Shown piece by piece: positions 8,470-15,241 of a DNA stretch of 16,528 nucleotides. The stretch spans positions 1 to 16,528 of the forward strand of contig JANNWY010000262.1 in assembly GCA_031409335.1 (NCBI GenBank), written 5' to 3'. Source of the DNA: Chthoniobacteraceae bacterium. Its GTDB lineage: Bacteria; Verrucomicrobiota; Verrucomicrobiia; Chthoniobacterales; Chthoniobacteraceae. How positions within the stretch are numbered: the stretch's first letter is position 1; every line of letters starts with the position of its first letter. Both the position numbers and the translations under genes were made by a program. The notes under the pieces were generated by a model. That model ran no database searches. It worked only from the letters and a program-made list of their open reading frames with translations, and was not told the DNA's origin.

Positions 8470-9471
8470 TCACGCGCGCCGGGCCCAGCGCAGCTTTGCG
8501 CTGCTGGCGCGGGAGTTCGCGCGGGTTTCCTCCGCGGTCGGGCGCAGGATGTCGGGTGAAACGGCGCTGTAGATTCCGTCCCGCAGTCCGCCCTGAAATG
8601 CTTTTTTCACGCGGCGATCTTCGCCGGAGTGAAAGCTGAGGATCGCGGCGCGACCACCGGGTTTCAGGCACAGCGGAAGCTGGCGCAGGAATGTTTCGAG
8701 CGCGCTGAATTCATCGTTCACCGCAATGCGGAGTGCCTGAAAAACGCGGCGCACCGTGGCGTCGTCGCCGCCTGCGCCGCGGATGGTTTTCGCGAGGCCC
8801 ACAGTCGTCGTGCGTGGCGATTGAAGAATCGCGTGGGCGAGGGGAAGCGCGTTCGGTTCGTCCGCGTTTTCGGCGAGCAATGTGGCGAGACGCTTTTCAT
8901 CGAGCGTCGTGAGCAGCGCGCTGGCAGGCTGGCCGCGTTCGGGATTCATGCGGAGATCGAGCGGGCCGTCGTGTTTGAAGGTGAAGCCGCGCTCCGGGTT
9001 GTCGATCTGCATCGAGGAAAGGCCGAGGTCGGCGAAGATCGCGTCAGCAGGCTCGCCGAGGATTTTCGGGAGGCCGGCGTAGTTCGTCCGGTGCGCGGTG
9101 AATGTCTCCTGCCCGAAGCCGAGGGCGCGAAAACGGGCTTCGGTTTTCGGGAGTTCGATGGGATCAATGTCGAGGCCAATGAGCCGCCCGCCGGGCTGAA
9201 TCGCCGCGAGCAATTCCCGCGCGTGCCCGCCGTATCCGAGCGTGCAATCGACGACCAGATTCCCCGGTTTCGGCGCAAACACTTCCAGTATTTCGCGCAG
9301 CATGATCGGGCGATGCGTGCCCGCCGGCGTCTTGCCGCTGGCGAGCACCTTTGCCACATCCTCCGCGTAGCGCTCCGGCGCGTGCTCCTTGTATTTCTCG
9401 GAGAAACGGCGGGGATTTTTTCCGGCATACCGCGGACGGCGCTTGGGTTTGTCGGGCGCGGGATCGCTCAT
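8470..9471 (-). CDS. rsmH: 16S rRNA m4C1402 methyltransferase RsmH/MraW, N-terminally extended form, 333 aa
   Basis: True start MSDPAPDK (ATG 9471) inside the 770-aa track ORF. Motifs HRPIML.E, VDCTLGYGGH, DLGLSSMQID..RGF...DGPLDLRM, RVFQALRIAVN.E, ILSFHSGEDRRVK, NSRASSAKLR. Confidence 0.92.
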   Translation of the reverse strand: MSDPAPDKPKRRPRYAGKNPRRFSEKYKEHAPERYAEDVAKVLASGKTPAGTHRPIMLREILEVFAPKPGNLVVDCTLGYGGHARELLAAIQPGGRLIGLDIDPIELPKTEARFRALGFGQETFTAHRTNYAGLPKILGEPADAIFADLGLSSMQIDNPERGFTFKHDGPLDLRMNPERGQPASALLTTLDEKRLATLLAENADEPNALPLAHAILQSPRTTTVGLAKTIRGAGGDDATVRRVFQALRIAVNDEFSALETFLRQLPLCLKPGGRAAILSFHSGEDRRVKKAFQGGLRDGIYSAVSPDILRPTAEETRANSRASSAKLRWARRA

Positions 9472-9579
9472 TGGCAGGACGTTAAGAAGCCATTGCCGGA
9501 AGGCGAAACTAATAAACGGCGGCGTGTGCGGTTCCCATTTTGCTTTGAAACATCGGAAGGATTCTCTCCTTTCCAGCCA

Positions 9580-10794
9580 ATGCCCACCGCATCTGCCCAG
9601 CCATCCAGCCGCCCCAATCTGCAAGCCGCCGCCATCGCGATGCTGCTCGCCGCGGCAGGCGTGGCCGCCGGTCTCTCCTACTGTGGGAAAGTCGAGGAAC
9701 AGTATATCCACGCGCTCGCACCCGAGTTTTCCGAGGAGAAATTGCAGGGCGCAGTCTTGCAGCGCGAGGCCTTCCGGCAGCCGAATCTGCTGATGATGTA
9801 TGGCAGCTCGGAGCTCGCGAAGGAGATGCCAAACAATCCCGTCCAGTTCTTTAAGGACTACCCGACCGGCTTCACCGTTTTCCCCGTCGGCAAACCCGGC
9901 GCGACTTCGCTGAACATCCTGCAAAAGCTCGCCGCCGTCGGCTCCGAAGCGCGCGGGCGCAAGCTCGCGTATTCGATCTCGCCCGGCTGGTTTCTTTCCG
10001 AAGAGACGGACGTGAAATACTACGAGGGAAACTTCTCCACGATGCAGGCGATGGCATTGGTTTTCAGCGGAGAACTCAGCATCGGGCTCAAGCGCGACAT
10101 CGCGTGCCGGATGCTGGAATTTCCCACGACGACGGACAATGCGTGGCTGCTGGATTTCGCCGTGCGCAGGCTCGTCGGGGATTCGCGGCTCGATCGCATC
10201 CTGTACGCCGCGGTGGTTCCGCTCGGGAAATTGCAAAACGCGATCGGTCGCGGCCAGGATCATTTTGAAGCCGTGCTCCACATTTTGGATGAGGACGAAA
10301 AGTTGAACCCCGTCACCAAGTCCGTCCTGCGCAGGCTGAATTGGGCGGACATCCTGAAAGCCGCGGGCAAGGCGGTGAACGCGAAAGCGCTCAGTGCGAA
10401 GCAGAGTGAAGTCGCGAAGCGCAAGCAGACCGCGGATCGCGCCAAGACGATCGAACGCGCGAGAAAATTTCGCAGAGGGCTGGAAAGATCCGACGAGTGG
10501 ACGGACTTCCGGCTGCTGCTGCGGACATGTGAGGAACTCGGCGCGAAGCCGCTCTTTCTCTGCATGCCGATCGAGGACATCCGGCTCGAAGTCTATGGGC
10601 TCGGAAAGGAAAGTCGGCTCGCTTTTGTCCAGCGGCTGCAGGAGATGGCGGGAGAGTTTCACTATCCGATGATGCTCTTCCGCGAGCATGAGAGTGATCC
10701 GGCGTTCCTCTTCGATTTTCAGGATCATCTCAGCGGCCAGGGCTGGCTCTTTTACAACAAAGCCCTCGACGATTTTTTTCACGGTCGCATTTAG
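9580..10794 (+). CDS. dltD: DltD, membrane-anchored SGNH-like D-alanyl transferase, 404 aa
   Basis: Start MPTASAQ (ATG 9580); one N-terminal hydrophobic helix; YGSSEL, VGKPGATSL, SISPGWF, GNFS..Q, EW.DF.LLL, C-terminal DHLSGQGW; first gene of a dlt cluster. Confidence 0.88.
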   Translation: MPTASAQPSSRPNLQAAAIAMLLAAAGVAAGLSYCGKVEEQYIHALAPEFSEEKLQGAVLQREAFRQPNLLMMYGSSELAKEMPNNPVQFFKDYPTGFTVFPVGKPGATSLNILQKLAAVGSEARGRKLAYSISPGWFLSEETDVKYYEGNFSTMQAMALVFSGELSIGLKRDIACRMLEFPTTTDNAWLLDFAVRRLVGDSRLDRILYAAVVPLGKLQNAIGRGQDHFEAVLHILDEDEKLNPVTKSVLRRLNWADILKAAGKAVNAKALSAKQSEVAKRKQTADRAKTIERARKFRRGLERSDEWTDFRLLLRTCEELGAKPLFLCMPIEDIRLEVYGLGKESRLAFVQRLQEMAGEFHYPMMLFREHESDPAFLFDFQDHLSGQGWLFYNKALDDFFHGRI

Positions 10795-10839
10795 AACCTT
10801 TCACTTTCCCCATCGCCCATTTAGTCACCGTCACCCCGT

Positions 10840-11088
10840 ATGATTGCCGAAAAGACCGACCAGATCCTCGACTTGCTCGCCGCCGTGGCCGAAACCGACG
10901 AAGTCCGCACGAACCCCGAACTCGCGCTGTACGATCTCCAGATTTTGGATTCGATGAAAACCGTGGAGTTGATCGTGGCGCTCGGGCGCGATGTCGGCGT
11001 CGAGGTTTCGCCCGCCGAGTTCGAGCGCGAAGCGTGGGCCACGCCCGCGAAATTCGTCGCGGACATCCTGCGCCGCCTCGCCGCCTGA
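10840..11088 (+). CDS. dltC: D-alanyl carrier protein DltC
   Basis: 82-aa acidic ACP-like protein; L.LYD..ILDSMKTVELIV (phosphopantetheine Ser), EF.RE.W.TP.K. Confidence 0.93.
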   Translation: MIAEKTDQILDLLAAVAETDEVRTNPELALYDLQILDSMKTVELIVALGRDVGVEVSPAEFEREAWATPAKFVADILRRLAA

Positions 11089-11091
11089 AGT

Positions 11092-11235
11092 ATGCTGGAT
11101 GCATGGAAAGCCGCCCATCCGCGCACCCGGCTCATCGCGCGCTCGCTTTACTATTTTGCCATCATCGCCGGCCTGATCGCGCTTTACGGCCGCGGCGATT
11201 TCGCGACGCCGACCTTTGTCTATCAAGGATTCTGA
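11092..11235 (+). CDS. dltX: DltX small membrane protein, 47 aa (missed by ORF track)
   Basis: MLDAWKAAHPRTRLIARSLYYFAIIAGLIALYGRGDFATPTFVYQGF*: one transmembrane helix, LY-G linker, terminal F-x-Y-x-x-F. Starts 3 bp after dltC and ends 4 bp before dltA. Confidence 0.88.
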   Translation: MLDAWKAAHPRTRLIARSLYYFAIIAGLIALYGRGDFATPTFVYQGF

Positions 11236-11239
11236 GCCG

Positions 11240-12697
11240 ATGGACTTGATCGATCGCATCGATCGCTGGGGACGCGAAACACCCGATCGCGCCGCGCACA
11301 TCAGCGGCGATCGCACGCTCACTTATCGCGAACTTTGCACGCGTTCGGACGCGCTGGCCGCGTGGATTGAAAATCATCTCGGCGAGAATCGCGGCCCCGT
11401 CGCCGTGCTCGGACACAAGGAGCCGGAAATGCTCATCGCGTTTCTCGCGGTCGTAAAATCGGGACGCGCCTACGTCCCGATCGACACGTCATTGCCACCG
11501 CAGCGCATCGAGCGAATCGTGCAGACCGCTGCCGCCGCGCTCACCCTCACGCCGGCGCGCGTCGCGGAACTCGCCGGTGACACCGCTGCCGCGCAATGCC
11601 GACGCGTCGGGAACGACGACCCATTTTACATCATCTTCACATCGGGCAGCACTGGCGAGCCAAAGGGCGTCGTCATCACCCTCGCGAATCTCACCGCGTT
11701 CGTGGATTGGATGATCGGCGAGCAGCGATTCGCCGAAGCCACGGAGACCTTCCTGAATCAAGCGCCCTACTCGTTCGACCTTTCGGTGATGGACCTTTAC
11801 CTCGCGCTCGTCACCGGCGGCACGCTTTTCAGCATCACAAAAGACGACGTCGCAAATCTGAAGATGCTGTTTGAAAAGCTCGGACGCTCCGGCATCACGA
11901 CGTGGGTTTCCACGCCGTCATTTGCCCAGATGTGTTTGATCGAGCGCAGCTTCAATCCAACGATGCTGCCCGGCCTGCGGCGTTTCCTTTTCTGCGGCGA
12001 AACGCTCGCGCCCGAAACCGCCGCGCAACTGCTCGATCGCTTCGCGCAGGCCGAAGTCTGGAATACCTACGGACCCACCGAAGCCACCGTCGCCACCAGC
12101 TCCGTCCGCATCGATCGCGACGTGATCGCGAAACACCACACGCTACCCATCGGCTACACCATGCCCGGCACCCGCCTGCTCATTTGCGATGAAAACGGCG
12201 CGGCAATGCCCGAAGGCCAGCGCGGCGAACTCGTCATCGCCGGCCCAAACGTGAGCCCCGGCTACTTCCACCGCGACGATCTCACCGCGAACGCCTTCTC
12301 CACGCGCGACGGCGAGCGCGCATACCGCACCGGCGATTGGGCGCGCGAAACGGACGGGCTGTTTTTTTGCGACGGACGCATGGACGGGCAGATCAAAATG
12401 TTCGGCTACCGCATCGAACTCGGCGACCTCGAAGCCAATCTCCGCGCCCTCCCGCAAATCGCCGACGCCGTCGTCCTGCCCGTCCGCAAGCACGAAAGGA
12501 TCGAATCCCTCGCCGCATTCGTAATCCTCTCCGTGGAAAAAACCGGCACCGATTTCGAGATGGCCGCGCTGCTAAAAAAGGAACTCGCCGACCGCCTCCC
12601 CGCCTACATGCTCCCGCGGAAATTTCACTTCCTCGACGCCTTCCCGATGACGCCGAACGGCAAGGCCGACCGGCGAATGCTGGCGGAAAGGCTTTAG
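11240..12697 (+). CDS. dltA: D-alanine--D-alanyl carrier protein ligase DltA, 485 aa
   Basis: ATG 11240. YIIFTSGSTGEPKGV, NQAPYSFDLSVMDLY, WVSTPSF, FLFCGETL (DltA-type Cys), NTYGPTEATVA, YRTGD, GRMD.QIK..GYRIEL, TPNGKADR. Confidence 0.95.
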   Translation: MDLIDRIDRWGRETPDRAAHISGDRTLTYRELCTRSDALAAWIENHLGENRGPVAVLGHKEPEMLIAFLAVVKSGRAYVPIDTSLPPQRIERIVQTAAAALTLTPARVAELAGDTAAAQCRRVGNDDPFYIIFTSGSTGEPKGVVITLANLTAFVDWMIGEQRFAEATETFLNQAPYSFDLSVMDLYLALVTGGTLFSITKDDVANLKMLFEKLGRSGITTWVSTPSFAQMCLIERSFNPTMLPGLRRFLFCGETLAPETAAQLLDRFAQAEVWNTYGPTEATVATSSVRIDRDVIAKHHTLPIGYTMPGTRLLICDENGAAMPEGQRGELVIAGPNVSPGYFHRDDLTANAFSTRDGERAYRTGDWARETDGLFFCDGRMDGQIKMFGYRIELGDLEANLRALPQIADAVVLPVRKHERIESLAAFVILSVEKTGTDFEMAALLKKELADRLPAYMLPRKFHFLDAFPMTPNGKADRRMLAERL

Positions 12698-12769
12698 GCG
12701 CGACTTGCCGAGTGAGGAAGATTGCAATCGTGGAACGCGGCTCGTTACATGCGCAGCCTTCCCGCTGAG

Positions 12770-12787
12770 GCGGGAGAATTCTCCCGC
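12770..12787. repeat. Perfect 18-bp palindrome in the dltA-dltB spacer
   Basis: GCGGGAGAATTCTCCCGC equals its own reverse complement. Confidence 0.85.
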
Positions 12788-12829
12788 TGCCATGCCTGAT
12801 CGTTTTTCCATGCGCCCCCGCTTCGCGGA

Positions 12830-13996
12830 ATGATTCCGTTCTCCGATTTTCACTATTTCGGACTGCTGCTCTACATCGTCCTCCCGACGATCGCGCTGGG
12901 ACTCTTCGGGCGCGCGAACCGGGCGTGGACGTTGCTCGCGACGCTGCTCGTGGCGATCCTGAATTTCAGCGACGATACGCCGATGCGCCCGGACGTTTTT
13001 GTCCGCGAAATCTGGATCGCGCTCGGCTTTGCGATCTATCAAGGCGGGCTGGCTGCGGCGCTGCTTCGCTGGAAATCGACGCCGCTTTTCCGCATCGCGC
13101 TCGGGCTCTCGATCCTGCCGCTGGCTGCCGCGAAATTCCTGCCGCTCATTTCGCCGGGCACGCTGTTTGGATTTCTCGGCATCTCCTACGTCACGTTCCG
13201 GTCGCTCGATGTGATCTTCAGCATTCAGGACGGCGTCGTCAAAACGCTCTCGCCGGGCAGCTATTTCGCGTTTGTCTTTTTCTGGCCGACGGTTTCATCC
13301 GGCCCGATCGATCGCTACCGCCGCTTCGTGCAAGACCTCGACCGCACGCGCACGCGCGCGGATTTTCTCGATGATCTCGATTTTGCGGTGGAGCGCGTCT
13401 TCCGCGGATTTCTCTACAAGTTTCTCATCGCCGCTCTGCTCAACAAATACTGCGTGGACCCGCTAGAAGCCCGTGCCGACGCGCTCTCTACGCTGCTCTA
13501 CATGTATAGCTACAGCGTGTATTTATTCTTCGATTTTGCCGGCTACAGCGCGTTTGCGATCGGCTGTGGGCGGCTGTTTGGAATCCGGGTGCCGGAGAAT
13601 TTCGATCTGCCATTCCTCTCGCGAAACATTCGCGATTTTTGGAACCGCTGGCATATCAGCCTGTCGTTTTGGTTTCGCGACCATATCTACATGCGCTTCC
13701 TCATCGCGGCGGGGAAGGGGAAGTGGTTCAAGGGAAAGCACACGGCTTCCTACCTCGGGCTGTGGCTCACGTTCGGGCTGATGGGTGTGTGGCATGGCCT
13801 CGAGGCGCGTTACCTTATCTACGGCGCCTATCACGCCACGCTGCTGTGCGGCTACGATGCCTTCGCGCGCTGGAACAAGCAAACCAAACGCTGGCCCGAC
13901 ACGCGCGTCATGCGCTTCGTGAATATCGCGATCACCTTCCACGCCGTTTGCTTCGGGCTGCTAATTTTTTCGGGTAAAATCACGCCGCATCACTGA
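12830..13996 (+). CDS. dltB: DltB, MBOAT-family D-alanyl transferase
   Basis: Multi-pass membrane protein; GFLGISYVTFR, SSGPIDRYRRF, GFLYKF, YLFFDFAGYS.FAI, NF..PF.S.NI.DFWNRWHISLSFWFRD.IYMRF, MGVWHG...Y.IYG.YH. Confidence 0.95.
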   Translation: MIPFSDFHYFGLLLYIVLPTIALGLFGRANRAWTLLATLLVAILNFSDDTPMRPDVFVREIWIALGFAIYQGGLAAALLRWKSTPLFRIALGLSILPLAAAKFLPLISPGTLFGFLGISYVTFRSLDVIFSIQDGVVKTLSPGSYFAFVFFWPTVSSGPIDRYRRFVQDLDRTRTRADFLDDLDFAVERVFRGFLYKFLIAALLNKYCVDPLEARADALSTLLYMYSYSVYLFFDFAGYSAFAIGCGRLFGIRVPENFDLPFLSRNIRDFWNRWHISLSFWFRDHIYMRFLIAAGKGKWFKGKHTASYLGLWLTFGLMGVWHGLEARYLIYGAYHATLLCGYDAFARWNKQTKRWPDTRVMRFVNIAITFHAVCFGLLIFSGKITPHH

Positions 13997-14012
13997 CGCT
14001 CGTGAGTGATCC

Positions 14013-14648
14013 ATGCCACGAACGCACTCTCCCATCCCCATCCGCTTCCCCGTTCTTCGCGGCAACGAACCGGCCGTGGTGACTCTCGACTTTGCCGGCC
14101 ACGAGGATGTGATCGCTACGACGCACTGGCAAGTGCCTCGCAGTCTGAAGCGCGACGCGGCCACGCGCACTCGCGCCGCGGATGCGCGGGAGTTCGCCCT
14201 CTTCGCCGCCAAACGCTGGCGTCACTACCGCGACAGCGGCATCGCCGCTCGCAGCCTGCCTGAACTCCGGCGGATGATCTCCTCCGACCCGCAGGGCGAG
14301 TATTGTTTCCATCTCAAGCTCACCGCCCCGTGGTTCCCGCACAGCCTCGGCGGCGCGATGGTTCGCCGCACCTGGTGCCACCATCTCATCGTGGACTTTC
14401 TCTTCGTGCATCCGCGCATCTGCGGGAAGATCGAGCCCGTGAAAGGCACCGGGGTCGGTATCCTGCATGGCATCTGTCTCATTGCCCGCACCCTCCGGTG
14501 CAAGCGCGTCTGGGGCGAGGCCACGCGAGACTCCGCGTCGTTCTACGAACGGCAACTCGGTCGTGCCATCGAAGACAGTTTCACGCTCGATGTTAGTGAG
14601 ATCGCGTTCTTTGCCGACCAGATTGAAAAGGAAAGCCGTCGGGCTTGA
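14013..14648 (+). CDS. Hypothetical protein, probable GNAT-fold acyltransferase
   Basis: C-terminal half LIVDFLFVHP...KGTGVGIL...RVWGEAT..SASFYE resembles GNAT acyl-CoA-binding motifs A and B; starts 16 bp after dltB. Confidence 0.6.
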   Translation: MPRTHSPIPIRFPVLRGNEPAVVTLDFAGHEDVIATTHWQVPRSLKRDAATRTRAADAREFALFAAKRWRHYRDSGIAARSLPELRRMISSDPQGEYCFHLKLTAPWFPHSLGGAMVRRTWCHHLIVDFLFVHPRICGKIEPVKGTGVGILHGICLIARTLRCKRVWGEATRDSASFYERQLGRAIEDSFTLDVSEIAFFADQIEKESRRA

Positions 14649-14673
14649 ACGCTCTGCCACTTCACACTACCCT
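14645..14673 (+). promoter_or_regulatory. Putative sigma70-type promoter for a leaderless transcript
   Basis: TTGAAC (14645-14650), 17-bp spacer, TACCCT (14668-14673), then 6 bp to ATG 14680. Confidence 0.5.
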
Positions 14674-14679
14674 GCGCCC

Positions 14680-14874
14680 ATGTCGAAGAACACCTCCGCG
14701 CCCAAGATGACCAAGGCCGAGTTGGTCGCTCATCTCAACAAGTTGTTCGCCGCCGAGGAATACTTCACCGGCGTGCTCGGCAACCGTCACCACTTCACCC
14801 TCGCCAAGCCGTCCCGGAGAAAGAGAGTTCCCGGCGGCCGAACCGCGCGGCAACGGGCGAAGACCTCTGGTTGA
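14680..14874 (+). CDS. Small basic hypothetical protein, 64 aa
   Basis: MSKNTSAPKMTKAELVAHLNKLFAAEEYFTGVLGNRHHFTLAKPSRRKRVPGGRTARQRAKTSG; strong G/C third-position bias; promoter-like sequence upstream. C-terminal part of track ORF 14467..14874. Confidence 0.6.
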   Translation: MSKNTSAPKMTKAELVAHLNKLFAAEEYFTGVLGNRHHFTLAKPSRRKRVPGGRTARQRAKTSG

Positions 14875-14974
14875 CGATCCCGGTGCCGCGAACCGCTTCC
14901 GCTCCCAGGCGGTTGGATCCGCCAGCGGGATCGTGCCAGGGAGCCAAGCCCGCAGACACTCCCTCCGTGGGCAA

Positions 14975-15037
14975 AAAGCCGTCAGCGTGTGTTCCAAAGC
15001 TGTCAGCATTTTTTCCAAACCCTTCCGCGTTTGCGGC
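14975..15037. repeat. Degenerate 21-bp tandem repeat
   Basis: AAAGCCGTCAGCGTGTGTTCC / AAAGCTGTCAGCATTTTTTCC / AAACCCTTCCGCGTTTGCGGC. Confidence 0.55.
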
Positions 15038-15241
15038 AGACGGTGCGGACTTCCCGCCGGACAGGGTGCCATTTGTGTGATTGAGCCGACCGGTCCCGAA
15101 GAAGTTTGCGTCTTCCAAAGTTTTTCCCGAAACTTTCTGCCGTACCGCTCCCAGACGGTGTGTTTTCGATCGCGCGCGACTTCGGCATGATGCCCGGTCG
15201 AGCGGGCTTGAAGACGGCGCACTTCAGCTCTCGACCGTTCT

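Noticed and set aside
9580..9690. DltD as a lipoprotein (GLSYC)
   Set aside because: Tyr at -1 does not fit the lipobox; an uncleaved membrane anchor is the usual DltD topology.
8470..10794. Overlapping 770-aa (-) and 721-aa (+) ORFs suggesting RsmH or DltD fusion proteins
   Set aside because: Each is a real gene plus the antisense shadow of the divergent gene. The recognisable proteins start at 9471 (-) and 9580 (+).
10840..12697. Adenylation domain plus carrier protein as an NRPS cluster
   Set aside because: No condensation or thioesterase domain; DltA-specific motifs and the dltB/D/X context explain them.
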